Made by a program: the position numbers and the translations under genes | DNA from: a bacterium | Lineage (GTDB): Bacteria; Actinomycetota; Thermoleophilia; Solirubrobacterales; 70-9 | Assembly (NCBI GenBank): GCA_023251935.1 | Contig: JAHEXV010000002.1 | Span: forward strand, 18,720 to 82,719 | Direction of reading: 5' to 3' | DNA: 64,000 bases | Notes under the pieces: generated by a model | The model's database searches: none | The model's input: the letters and a program-made list of their open reading frames with translations, nothing else | What the model was told of the DNA's origin: nothing | Shown: piece after piece, positions 9,001 to 17,409 of the stretch | Numbering within the stretch: the first letter of the stretch is position 1 | How the letters are laid out: every line of letters starts with the position of its first letter

Positions 9001-10825
9001 AGCGGTCGGAGGGGTAGCGGCCGTCGAGCATGTCGAGGACGTTCTCGAGCTGCTCGCGGGAGAGCTCCGAGAACGGCTCGGCCCCCGTCGCGAGGCGCTC
9101 GACCTCGTCCACCTCCCACTCGTCGTCGGCGCACATCGAGACCAGGTGCTGGGCGAGGACGTCGAGCGGGTTACGCGGGATCACGGTCTCCTCGATCTCC
9201 CCCTCGCGCATCCTTCTTGCGACCACCGCGCACTCGAGCAGGTCGGCGCGGAACTTGGGGAAGATCCGGCCCGTCGAGACCTCCTCGAGCGCGTGGCCGG
9301 CGCGTCCGATCCGCTGCAGGCCGCGGGTCACCGACTTCGGCGACTCGACCTGGATCACCAGGTCGACCGCGCCCATGTCGATCCCGAGCTCCAGCGAGGA
9401 GGTGGCGACCAGGCAGGGGAGCTGCCCGGACTTGAGCAGCTCCTCGACCGTCTGGCGCTCCTCGTGGGCGAGCGAGCCATGGTGGGCGCGAGCAATCTCG
9501 GCCGGGCCGTTGTCGCCGGCGGGAATCACTCCGGCGACATCCTCCGCTTCGCGTCCGGTGTCGCCGGGTTGCGACGCAACCCGGGCGGCAGGGTCACTCG
9601 CCTGCACCGCGACTCCGTCGCTAGCCCTAGCCGATTCACCTTTGGCCTCGCGGCCGGTTTCCCGATGTCCTACCTGCTCGGTGGCCGGGAGCTCCTGGGG
9701 CGGTTCCTCGTTGGCGAGCTCGTTGAGGCGCTTGGCTAGGCGTTCGGCGCCGCGGCGATTGTTGACGAAGATGATCGTCGAGGTGTGCTCCCGGACGAGC
9801 CTCAGGAGCTCCGGGTAGATCGCCGGCCAGATCGAGCGGGTTGCCGGCGCCGCGTCCAGGTTCGGGTCGCCGAGCCCGGAGTCTCCGCCGTCGCGGCGCT
9901 TCTCGATCGAAGCGTCGGGCTCGGTCATGTCATCAACCGGGACGACGATCTCCAGGTCGAGCTCCTTCGGCTTGCCGGCGTCGGCGATCTCGCAGCGGCG
10001 GCGCGGGCCGACCAAGAACCTGGCGACCCGCTCGAGCGGCCGCTGGGTCGCCGACAGCCCGATCCTTTGCAGCACAACTCCGCCGACATCCTCCGGAATG
10101 ACTGCGCCGACATCCTCCGAGGGAGCCGAAGGCGACCGGTGATCCGAGCTTGCTCGGATTCGTCCGGTGTCGGCGGGTTGCGACGCCACCGGGGCGGCAG
10201 GTTCACTCGCCTGCCCCGCTACTTCGTCGCTAGCGCCGGCGGATCCACCTTCGTCGCTAGTGCGAACGAGGTGTTCCAGGCGCTCCAGGGTCAGGGCCAG
10301 GTGGGCGCCGCGCTTGGACTGCGCCACCGAGTGGATCTCGTCGACGATCACCGCCTCGGCACTGAAGAGGATCTCACGCGCCCCCGAGGTCATGATCAGG
10401 TACAGGGACTCGGGGGTTGTGATCAGGATGTCGGGGGGCTTGCGCCTCATCGCCTGGCGCTCCCTCTGCGGCGTGTCGCCGGTGCGAAGGCCGACCGAGA
10501 TCTCCGCCCCGATCCCCTTCAAGGGGGCGCGAAGGTTGCGCTCGATGTCGTACGAGAGCGCCTTCAGCGGGGAGACGTAGACGATCCGCACCCCTTGCCC
10601 CAGCCGCTCGGGCTCCCGGGCGAGGCGATCGATGCCCCACAGGAACGCGGCCAGGGTCTTCCCCGACCCGGTGGGCGCGCAGATCAGGGTGCTCTCGCCC
10701 GAGACGATCTTCGGCCAGCCCATCGCCTGCGCGGGTGTCGGCGCCCGAAACGACGCCTCGAACCAGCGCCTGACGGGCTCGCTGAACGGATCCAGGGGGG
10801 AGGTTTCGGCAGTCGCTGAGGGCAT
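6032..10825 (-). CDS. lhr: Lhr-type large DEAH-box ATP-dependent helicase with two in-frame repeat insertions
   Basis: Helicase motifs APTGSGKT (I), VDEIH (II), GLSAT (III), ARAHHGSL, VATSSLELGIDMG and QRIGRAGH (VI), plus the roughly 900-aa C-terminal extension typical of Lhr. ATG at 10823-10825; TTG at 10832-10834 is an alternative start. Confidence 0.9.
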   Translation of the reverse strand: MPSATAETSPLDPFSEPVRRWFEASFRAPTPAQAMGWPKIVSGESTLICAPTGSGKTLAAFLWGIDRLAREPERLGQGVRIVYVSPLKALSYDIERNLRAPLKGIGAEISVGLRTGDTPQRERQAMRRKPPDILITTPESLYLIMTSGAREILFSAEAVIVDEIHSVAQSKRGAHLALTLERLEHLVRTSDEGGSAGASDEVAGQASEPAAPVASQPADTGRIRASSDHRSPSAPSEDVGAVIPEDVGGVVLQRIGLSATQRPLERVARFLVGPRRRCEIADAGKPKELDLEIVVPVDDMTEPDASIEKRRDGGDSGLGDPNLDAAPATRSIWPAIYPELLRLVREHTSTIIFVNNRRGAERLAKRLNELANEEPPQELPATEQVGHRETGREAKGESARASDGVAVQASDPAARVASQPGDTGREAEDVAGVIPAGDNGPAEIARAHHGSLAHEERQTVEELLKSGQLPCLVATSSLELGIDMGAVDLVIQVESPKSVTRGLQRIGRAGHALEEVSTGRIFPKFRADLLECAVVARRMREGEIEETVIPRNPLDVLAQHLVSMCADDEWEVDEVERLATGAEPFSELSREQLENVLDMLDGRYPSDRFAELRPRIVWDRAAGTLRGRPGARQLAVTNAGTIPDRGLYGVHLPDGRRVGELDEEMVYEARPGQTFLLGATTWRIEEITRDRVIVTPAPGVPGAVPFWKGDGIGRPAELGKAIGAFAREAVSAEPAELSERYDLDRRAAENLVAYLREQQAATRVVPSDETVVVERFRDEIGDWRLCVLSPWGGRVHAAWGLALSARIRDEHDLEADAIWSDDGIVVHLPDADEAPPADLVLLEPDEIEDLVVRELGSSALFGARFRENAARALLLPRAYPGKRTPLWQQRLKAQSLLEVAKDFPRFPIVLETYRECLRDVLDLPGLESLLRDLSARRISLVEVETPTASPFASSLLFDYVATYMYEGDTPNAERRAAALSLDRELLRELLGQEELRELLDPDALGEVEASLQHRTEPARTKDRDGLQQILRRLGDLTAAECEARVAEGYSASSMLEKLERERRAVLVRIAGEERWIAAEDAALFRDALGVPPPAGLPESYLAEVPEAMVSLVRRYARTHGPFPTAQLAGRYGVDPVAALRQLERSGELVRGELLPGGAGREWCDPDVLRRVRRASLAHLRAEAEAVDTRELARFLPSWQNVDAHRPGGAGPDRLREAILPLQGIALTPEVWERDVLPRRLGAYSPAWLDELCTGGELVWIGAGALGRSGGKAALYFREDVRLAGPPPSNAKLDPPEGEAHDAIRGLLGRRPCFWLDLVATLELAPEELHAALWDLAWAGEATNDAFAPLRAPRLRSVPPTERRGRRFGARRATGRQAVQGRWSLTAPLFEGAPAAGPRLRAQAELMLERYGIVTRETVLAEGVPGGFAALYGEMSNLEMLGTARRGYFVEGLGGAQFALPGAVERLRSLPARSARHLVLAATDPANPYGAGVPWPKRGDGRGGRRPSRTPGAYVLLREGEPLLFVERGARGILRLAELEGEPLSEAIGELASAAREGVLPRLAIERLDGEPVIGSGFEETLIAAGFSRQPRRLVASA
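9534..9625. repeat. Intragenic repeat copy A inside lhr (in-frame, contains a 21-nt palindrome at 9564-9584)
   Basis: Core 9552-9625 aligns by hand with 10161-10234 at 67 of 74 positions. The palindrome is CCGGGTTGCG-a-CGCAACCCGG. Confidence 0.75.
10082..10234. repeat. Intragenic repeat copy B inside lhr (in-frame, with extra internal hairpin and duplicated 14-mer)
   Basis: GCCGACATCCTCCG occurs twice (10082-10095 and 10106-10119). Hairpin ATCCGAGC-tt-GCTCGGAT at 10142-10159. Core 10161-10234 is about 90% identical to copy A. Confidence 0.75.
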
Positions 10826-10940
10826 GGAGCTCAAACACTCGATCTTAGGGATCGGCCGGACGCATCACTCGGGCGGGTCATCCGCGGCACGGGCTGCACC
10901 TGGCCGCGCCGCGAGCGGAGATCGATGAGCTCGAGTTCGC

Positions 10941-11489
10941 CTAGAAGGGAAGCTGGTCGGCGATCTCTGTCAGCCGCGGCGCGCTGCGGTCGCGCTCGGA
11001 CAGAACCGGGTCGTCGATCGGCCACTCGACGCCGACGTCAGGGTCGTCCCAGGCGATCCCGGCCTCGGTGGTCGGGTCGTAGTGGCTCGAGAGCTTGTAG
11101 GCGACGTCGGCGACCTCGCTGAGCACGCAGAAGCCGTGCCCGAATCCGGCCGGGACGAACAGCTGGCGATGGCGCTCGTCGTCGAGCTCATACCCCTCCC
11201 AGCGCCGGTAGGTCGGCGAATCGCTCCGCAGGTCCACGGCGACGTCCCAGATCCGCCCCCGAAGGCAGCGGACGAGCTTCGCCTGCCCGGGGCTGGTCTG
11301 GAAGTGAAGCCCGCGCAGGATGTGGCGATCCGAGCGCGAGTGGTTCTCCTGCACGAAGCCCACCCCGACCCCGAGCTCGCGCCAGGCGTCGTCGCGGAAG
11401 GTCTCGACCAGGAAGCCGCGCTCGTCCCCGTGCACCTCGGGCTCGATCAGGACCACGCCGTCGAGCTCGGTCTCCAGCCGCCGAGCCAT
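10941..11489 (-). CDS. rmlC: dTDP-4-dehydrorhamnose 3,5-epimerase
   Basis: LIEPEVHGDERGFLVETF, RGLHFQ and FVPAGFGHGF motifs. Start trimmed to ATG 11487-11489, which overlaps the rmlB stop by 1 nt. Confidence 0.9.
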   Translation of the reverse strand: MARRLETELDGVVLIEPEVHGDERGFLVETFRDDAWRELGVGVGFVQENHSRSDRHILRGLHFQTSPGQAKLVRCLRGRIWDVAVDLRSDSPTYRRWEGYELDDERHRQLFVPAGFGHGFCVLSEVADVAYKLSSHYDPTTEAGIAWDDPDVGVEWPIDDPVLSERDRSAPRLTEIADQLPF

Positions 11490-12490
11490 CAGCCCCGCAA
11501 CGCTCGACCGTACTGGCGCTCGTAGTACTCGCGATACTCGCCGCCGCGAATCGGGGCCCACCACCACTCGTTGTCCCGGTACCACTCGACGGTCCGGCGC
11601 AACCCCTCTTCGAATCCCACCTGGGCCTCCCAGCCGAGACCACGGACCTTCTCGGAGGACAGCGAGTAACGGCGGTCGTGGCCCAGCCGGTCGGTGACGT
11701 AGTCGATCAGCGACTCGTCGCGGCCGGTCAACATCAGGATCGTCCTCACGACCTCGATGTTGGGAAGCTCGTCCGGCCCGCCGACGTTGTATGCCTGGCC
11801 GGCTTCGCCGCGCTCCAGCACCAGGTCGATGCCTCGGCAGAAGTCCTCGACGAAGACCCAGTTGCGCACCTGCATCCCGTCCCCGTATACCGGCAGCGGG
11901 TCGCCGGCGAGGGCGTTGAGGATGCAGAGCGGGATCAGCTTCTCCGGATGCTGGCGCGGCCCGTAGTTGTTCGACCCCCGGACGATCAGGGCGTCCGCCC
12001 CGTAGGTCTGGTGGTAGGCACCGACGATCAGGTCGCCGCCGGCCTTCGACGCCGAATACGGCGAGGAAGGATCGAGCGGCGAGTGCTCCTCGAAGGAGCC
12101 AGATTCGATCGACCCGTAGACCTCATCCGTCGAGACCTGCAGATGGCGAACGCCGGCGGCGCGGGCGGCCTCGAGCAGCACGAAGGCCCCGAACACGTCG
12201 GTCTGGATGAACTCCCCCGGCGACTCGATCGAGCGGTCGACGTGCGACTCGGCGGCGAAGTTGACGATCGCGTCGCAGCCCTCGACCGCGGCGGCGACCG
12301 CGTCCGGGTCGGCGATGTCGCCGGGCACCAGCTCGACCCGGTTCTCCGGCAGGCCGTCGAGGTTCTCGCGCCGCCCCGCGTAGGTGAGCTTGTCGAGCAC
12401 CCGCACCGAGTCGTCGGGATGGGCGTCGATCCGGAGGCGAACGTAGGTGGAGCCGATGAACCCGGCACCGCCGGCGACCAGGACCTTCAC
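11489..12490 (-). CDS. rmlB: dTDP-glucose 4,6-dehydratase
   Basis: VKVLVAGGAGFIGS, STDEVYG and YSASKAG motifs. GTG 12488-12490 overlaps the rmlD stop (GTGA). Confidence 0.93.
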   Translation of the reverse strand: MKVLVAGGAGFIGSTYVRLRIDAHPDDSVRVLDKLTYAGRRENLDGLPENRVELVPGDIADPDAVAAAVEGCDAIVNFAAESHVDRSIESPGEFIQTDVFGAFVLLEAARAAGVRHLQVSTDEVYGSIESGSFEEHSPLDPSSPYSASKAGGDLIVGAYHQTYGADALIVRGSNNYGPRQHPEKLIPLCILNALAGDPLPVYGDGMQVRNWVFVEDFCRGIDLVLERGEAGQAYNVGGPDELPNIEVVRTILMLTGRDESLIDYVTDRLGHDRRYSLSSEKVRGLGWEAQVGFEEGLRRTVEWYRDNEWWWAPIRGGEYREYYERQYGRALRG

Positions 12491-13338
12491 GCCGGCGCCT
12501 CCGCGACCTGTCGCTCGGCGAGGTACTCGGCCAGGCCGCGCCTCCAGTTCGGCAGCGCGATCGGCTCGAGGCGCTCGCTGCCCAGCACCGAGTACGCGGG
12601 CCGCGGCGCCTTGCGTGCCAGCATCTCGGTCGTCCCCGCCATCACCCTGCACTCGACCCCCGCCTGGTCGAAGATCTCCTGCGCGAACTCATACCAGGAG
12701 CACTGACCGCCACCGGCGACGTGGTGGATGCCGAACTCCTCTCCCTCGACCAGGGCGGCGAGCGCCTCGGCGAGGTGCCGAGTGTAGGTCGGACAGCCGA
12801 TCTGATCGGAGACCACGAGCACCTCGGGCTGCTCACCTCCCAGCCGCAACATCGTCTCGACGAAGTTCTTGCCTCCGTGCCCGAACAGCCACGAGGCGCG
12901 AACGATGAAGTGATGGGGGTTGGCGACCGCGACCGAGGTCTCGCCCGCCTGCTTGGAGCGGCCATAGGCCGAGATCGGCAACGGCATGTCCGACTCGACG
13001 TAGGGGACCCGAGCCGAGCCGTCGAAGACGTAGTCGCTCGACGGCTGGAGGATCTTCGCCCCCACCCGCTGCGCAGCGGCGGCGAGCTGCGCCGCGCCCT
13101 CGTCGTTGATCCTCATCGCCCCAGCCTCGTCGTCCTCGGCTCCGTCGACGTCGGTGAAGGCGGCGCAGTTGATGACCGCGTCCGGCCGCTGGCTGGTCAG
13201 GGCGGCATCGGCGGCGACCGAATCGCAGATGTCGAGCTCGGAACGAGCCAGGGGGACGACCTCGTGGCCGCGCGCGCGACAGGCGGCGATCATGTCGCGG
13301 CCCAGCATCCCGCCCGCCCCGGTGATCAGGACGTTCAC
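12487..13338 (-). CDS. rmlD: dTDP-4-dehydrorhamnose reductase
   Basis: VNVLITGAGGMLG, SSDYVFDG and YGRSKQAGE motifs. GTG 13336-13338 overlaps the rmlA stop (GTGA). The long N-terminal extension in the track ORF is Arg-rich and non-coding-like. Confidence 0.9.
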   Translation of the reverse strand: MNVLITGAGGMLGRDMIAACRARGHEVVPLARSELDICDSVAADAALTSQRPDAVINCAAFTDVDGAEDDEAGAMRINDEGAAQLAAAAQRVGAKILQPSSDYVFDGSARVPYVESDMPLPISAYGRSKQAGETSVAVANPHHFIVRASWLFGHGGKNFVETMLRLGGEQPEVLVVSDQIGCPTYTRHLAEALAALVEGEEFGIHHVAGGGQCSWYEFAQEIFDQAGVECRVMAGTTEMLARKAPRPAYSVLGSERLEPIALPNWRRGLAEYLAERQVAEAPA

Positions 13339-14408
13339 GGGATCCGGATCTCCGCGTTGTCCCCGACGATCATCCGCAGGGTCTTCGGCAAGCCGTCGCC
13401 GCGGGAGAGCTTGACGTTGCGCCCCAGCAGGCTCGCCTCCATCCGCGAGTCCAGATCCGAGACGCTCGAGCCCGACAGCAGGATCGAGTGCTCGACCTCG
13501 GCGCGCGACACCGTCACCCCGGAATCGATCGACGTGTACGGGCCCACGTAGGCATCGGTGATCCGGGCATCGGCGCCGATGATCGCCGGCCCGCGCACCA
13601 GCGAGCGCTCGAGCCGCGCGCCGGCCTCGACGACGACCCTTCCTTCGACCTTCGAGTCGACCAACTCGCCGTCCACGGAGCGCTCGATGTCCTCGAGCAC
13701 GAGCCGATTGGCCTCCAGCATGTCGTCGAGCTGGCCGGTGTCCTTCCACCAGCCGAGCACCCGGTGGCTCTCCACCCGCTTGCCGCCGTCGATCAGCCGC
13801 TGGATCGCGTCGGTGATCTCGAGCTCTCCCCGCCCAGAGGGCTTGATCGCCTTCGCCGCCTCGAAGATCGACGGCCCGAACATGTAGACGCCGACCAGCG
13901 CCAGGTCACTCGGCGGGAACTCGGGTTTCTCGACCAGGCGGACCACCCGGTCTCCGTCGAGCTCGGCGACCCCGTAGTTGCCCGGATCGGGCACCCGGGT
14001 GAGAAGGATCAGGGCGTCGGGCCTCGACGCCCGGAAGGCGTCGACCAGGGCGGTGATCCCGTCGCGCAGCAGGTTGTCGCCGAGATACATCACGAACGGC
14101 CCGTCCTGCAGGAACTCCTCCGCCGTCAGCACCGCGTGCGCCAAGCCCAGGGGCTCGGTCTGGTCGATGTAGGTGATCGAGGCCCCGAACGCCGAGCCGT
14201 CGCCCGTTGTCGAGGCGATCTCGCTACCGGTTTCGGGGGCGATCACGATCCCGATCTCCTTCACCCCCGCCTCGACCAGCGCCTCGATGCCATAGAAGAG
14301 AACCGGCTTGTTGGCCACCGGGACGAGCTGCTTGGCGGACGTGTGCGTGATCGGTCGCAGGCGCGTTCCCGCACCCCCCGAAAGGATCAGGCCCTTGAGG
14401 TTCTCCAT
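13335..14408 (-). CDS. rmlA: Glucose-1-phosphate thymidylyltransferase, long form with C-terminal left-handed beta-helix
   Basis: LKGLILSGGAGTRLRPITHTSAKQLVPVANKP. 357 aa with a hexapeptide-repeat-like C-terminus. Confidence 0.93.
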   Translation of the reverse strand: MENLKGLILSGGAGTRLRPITHTSAKQLVPVANKPVLFYGIEALVEAGVKEIGIVIAPETGSEIASTTGDGSAFGASITYIDQTEPLGLAHAVLTAEEFLQDGPFVMYLGDNLLRDGITALVDAFRASRPDALILLTRVPDPGNYGVAELDGDRVVRLVEKPEFPPSDLALVGVYMFGPSIFEAAKAIKPSGRGELEITDAIQRLIDGGKRVESHRVLGWWKDTGQLDDMLEANRLVLEDIERSVDGELVDSKVEGRVVVEAGARLERSLVRGPAIIGADARITDAYVGPYTSIDSGVTVSRAEVEHSILLSGSSVSDLDSRMEASLLGRNVKLSRGDGLPKTLRMIVGDNAEIRIP

Positions 14409-14472
14409 CGCGCGGCAAGGCTACATAGCGCGGACCGGATGAGGGCTCCGCTGGGGATCATCGCTCGAGCGA

Positions 14473-14943
14473 TCAGTGGGCTCCGCCGAGCTTCCGATGG
14501 TCCCAGGTGGCGATCCTCCTCGGCTCGAAGCGCACCGCGACGCGCTTACGGGCCTGGGCCCTGAGCGCCTCGGCGGCCTCCTGATCCACCGAGGAGACCC
14601 CGCCCGAGTAGCGGGCGGTGAGCTCGAGGGCGAGCTCGTAGACCGTGTCGAGGTCGCGGTGGATCTCGGCCACGGCCTCGATCTCGACTCCACGCAGCTC
14701 GCCGTACTCGTGGCCGGTCTCGGCCAGCAGCGTCGCCCGCGGATCGCGCTCCAGGTTGCGGATCTTCTGCGATTTGGCGTATGTGTAGATCCAGATCTCG
14801 CCGTCGCGGGGCACGTACCAGAGCGGCATCGAATGAGGCCAGCCGCGTGGCCCCAAGCTCGAGACGACGACGATCCGCTCGGATTCGATCAGCTCGCGCT
14901 GCTCGTCGGGCGACAGCTCGATCTCGCCGCGGCGGCTGCTCAT
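14473..14943 (-). CDS. Pyridoxamine 5'-phosphate oxidase-family (PPOX-class, possibly F420-dependent) protein
   Basis: RIVVVSSLGPRGWPHSMPLWYV...IWIYTYAKSQKIRNLERDPRATL. ATG 14941-14943 overlaps the acylase stop (ATGA). Confidence 0.75.
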   Translation of the reverse strand: MSSRRGEIELSPDEQRELIESERIVVVSSLGPRGWPHSMPLWYVPRDGEIWIYTYAKSQKIRNLERDPRATLLAETGHEYGELRGVEIEAVAEIHRDLDTVYELALELTARYSGGVSSVDQEAAEALRAQARKRVAVRFEPRRIATWDHRKLGGAH

Positions 14944-17363
14944 CCGGGCGCCGGCTCGGTGGCCGCCGGACTCGGAGGCGAGGAGACCGGAGGCAGCAAT
15001 TCGAGCGTCCGCCAAGGGCCCTCGCCGGCCATCGGCTGGGTCCGTCCGTCGAGCCAATCGACCTGAAGGTCGTCGTAGTGGGGGCTGCCGACGTGACCGG
15101 ATTGGCCGGTAAAGGCCTGCCAGCGCGAGCGCTCGGGCCGAACCGGGTCGGCGACCATTCGCCAGCAGGGGGCCCAGATCGCCGTGAACGGGTCGTTGGG
15201 GTCCCAGCCGACCTGGGCGACCGTCTCCTGGCCACCGCCCACCTCGAGACGGCGGTTGAAGATCCGAGCCGCCAGCGGTGAGGCCGCGCCGAGGGCGTGC
15301 GAGAAGACGAGCGGATGCGCCCTGCCCCAGCGCCACTCGTCGGGGTCGGGGCCGAGCCTGTTCTCGAGGTCGTCGAGCCCGCCGCGCAGCGCGTCGAGCG
15401 CGAGCTCCTCCCATGGCCGGCCGACCAGCTCCTCGTCCGCCTCCGCCCAGAGGTGGAGCAGGTGCGACTGCCAGCGCCACGGTGAGGTGACGTGGGCGAT
15501 GAACCCGTTGTCGGCGCGATCGAGCCAGCGTTCCGAGAGGTCGCGATCCTCGATCGCGGCGCGGGTGACCTCGCGCGCGAGTCGCAACGTGAACGCCTGA
15601 TAGATCGTCGCCGCGATCGATCCCGGGGCCATCCTGCCATCCCAGGAGCGCAACCGCTCGATCGCCGCTCGCTCTCGCTGATCGCGGGGGCGGAGCCGGG
15701 CCAGACGGCGGGCGGTCTCCAGCCCCGGCAGCGACAGCATGTCGGTCTGCATCGCCTCGAAGCTCTCGAGGTCGTGCTCCGGGGTGGCGTCGATCAGCGC
15801 CTCGATCCGCGCCGCCCGGTACCCGTCGAGGTAGTCGCTGGTGATGTGGTGCGGATAGTCATCGGGGGCGATGCGATTGTTGGCGGTGACCAGGAAGCCG
15901 CGATCCGGGTCGCTGGCCTCGGGCAGCTCCTCGTACGGGATCCAGCCGTCCCACTCGTGCTCGGCCGTCCACCCTGGCCTTGGCAGGTCCGGACAGCCGC
16001 CGGGGCGCGCCGGGAGGCGGCCAACCGTCTTGTAGCCGATCGAGCCGTGGCGGTCGGCCCAGACCAGGTTCGAAACCGGGTGGGCATGAGCGCCCAGCGC
16101 CTCGACCAGCTCGGGGCCGCTGGCGAAATCGAGCGCCGACACGTTCGCCTCGGTGAACCCGGGAAAATCGAGCACCGCGAAGCGAAGCGCGAGCGGCTCG
16201 GCGTCGTCGGCCCGCAACGCCTCGTTGACGATCGGCCCGTGGTGCGTCTCGCGCACCACCATGCACTCGGGCTCCGCGTCTCCCTTGACGGCGATCTCCT
16301 CCTCGATCGCCGCCAGGGGCCGGTGCTCGCCCTCGAACTCGTAGGTATCGCCGTCGATTCGCTCGATGAACAGGTCCATGACGTCTGCCATCGCGTTGGT
16401 GAACGACCAGGCGAGGTCGTTGTTCTGACCCATCATCACCCCGGGCAGGCCGGCGAGCGATGCCCCGCGGCAATGGCGGTCGCCGAGATAGAGCCCGACC
16501 TGGTAGACGATCCCGGGCATGCTGGGCGGCAGATGAGGGTCGCCCGCCAGCAGAGGCCCCCCGGTCGCCGACCGCGACCCGGTGACCGCCCAGTTGTTGG
16601 AGCCGGTCGCCTCGACGGGCAACCCGATCGTGCCTCGAAGCTTGGCGATCTGCTCGGCGAGGCCCAGCCCGTCGCCCTCCCAGGCGACGCCCGGGGCGAC
16701 GACCACGGGATTGCCCCGCGGGTAGCCGGGATCCAGGCGCGCCGCCAGCTCGGCACCCAGCTCGCGAGCCATCTCGGCGCGCAGCAGCTCGCGCTCCCAG
16801 TTGGTCGAGAGGCCGAAGGAGAGCAGCTTCGTGAGGGTCAGGGCGTCGGCGGGCGCGAACGGCTCGAAGCTCAGTCGCAGCAGCTGATGCTCGATCGGCG
16901 GCGGCCGATCGGCGGCGGCCGCGTTGACCCCCGCGCATAGCGCCTCGAGCTCGGAGCGCAAGCCGGGCTCGAGCGCCTCGGCCTCGCGCTCGGCGGCGCG
17001 GCGCAGCCCCAGGGTGCGCATGAAGCGGTCCGTCTCGACCCCGGCCCGCCCGGCGATCTCCGACAGCCGACCGGCGCCGATCCGCCGATAGAGGTCGATC
17101 TGCCAGAGGCGGTCCTGCCCGTGACAGAAGCCCTCGCCGAACCAGAGGTCGTGCCGGGAGCCGGCCCGAATGTGTGGGACCCCCCAGCGATCGCGCCGGA
17201 TCTCCACCGCGCCCTCGAGCCCGTCGATCCGCAACCTGCCGCTCGTCCTCGGCAGGGGTCGGCGAACGAGCTGCCACCAGAGCCCGCCGGCGGCGCTCGT
17301 CGCCAGCGCCGTCAGCCCTCCGCCGAGGAGGGCCAGACGCCTCGCCAGCGTGCCGTCGAGCAT
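14940..17363 (-). CDS. Penicillin/AHL acylase-family Ntn hydrolase (peptidase S45)
   Basis: GVPHIRAGS...DLWFGEGFCHGQDRLWQIDL and nucleophile region GSNNWAVTGSRSATGGPLLAGDPHL. 807 aa with an N-terminal TM/signal segment. Confidence 0.88.
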   Translation of the reverse strand: MLDGTLARRLALLGGGLTALATSAAGGLWWQLVRRPLPRTSGRLRIDGLEGAVEIRRDRWGVPHIRAGSRHDLWFGEGFCHGQDRLWQIDLYRRIGAGRLSEIAGRAGVETDRFMRTLGLRRAAEREAEALEPGLRSELEALCAGVNAAAADRPPPIEHQLLRLSFEPFAPADALTLTKLLSFGLSTNWERELLRAEMARELGAELAARLDPGYPRGNPVVVAPGVAWEGDGLGLAEQIAKLRGTIGLPVEATGSNNWAVTGSRSATGGPLLAGDPHLPPSMPGIVYQVGLYLGDRHCRGASLAGLPGVMMGQNNDLAWSFTNAMADVMDLFIERIDGDTYEFEGEHRPLAAIEEEIAVKGDAEPECMVVRETHHGPIVNEALRADDAEPLALRFAVLDFPGFTEANVSALDFASGPELVEALGAHAHPVSNLVWADRHGSIGYKTVGRLPARPGGCPDLPRPGWTAEHEWDGWIPYEELPEASDPDRGFLVTANNRIAPDDYPHHITSDYLDGYRAARIEALIDATPEHDLESFEAMQTDMLSLPGLETARRLARLRPRDQRERAAIERLRSWDGRMAPGSIAATIYQAFTLRLAREVTRAAIEDRDLSERWLDRADNGFIAHVTSPWRWQSHLLHLWAEADEELVGRPWEELALDALRGGLDDLENRLGPDPDEWRWGRAHPLVFSHALGAASPLAARIFNRRLEVGGGQETVAQVGWDPNDPFTAIWAPCWRMVADPVRPERSRWQAFTGQSGHVGSPHYDDLQVDWLDGRTQPMAGEGPWRTLELLPPVSSPPSPAATEPAPG

Positions 17364-17409
17364 GGCGGCAAGACTAGAGGGTCGATGTGGGGCTGCCGCC
17401 GGAGGCCCG

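Noticed and set aside
10826-10940. Search for a PafBC-type (RecA-NDp-like) promoter upstream of lhr
   Set aside because: A TAAGAT -10 element is present, but I could not find the upstream TGTC-type box at the expected spacing. I cannot call it without a lineage-specific motif model.
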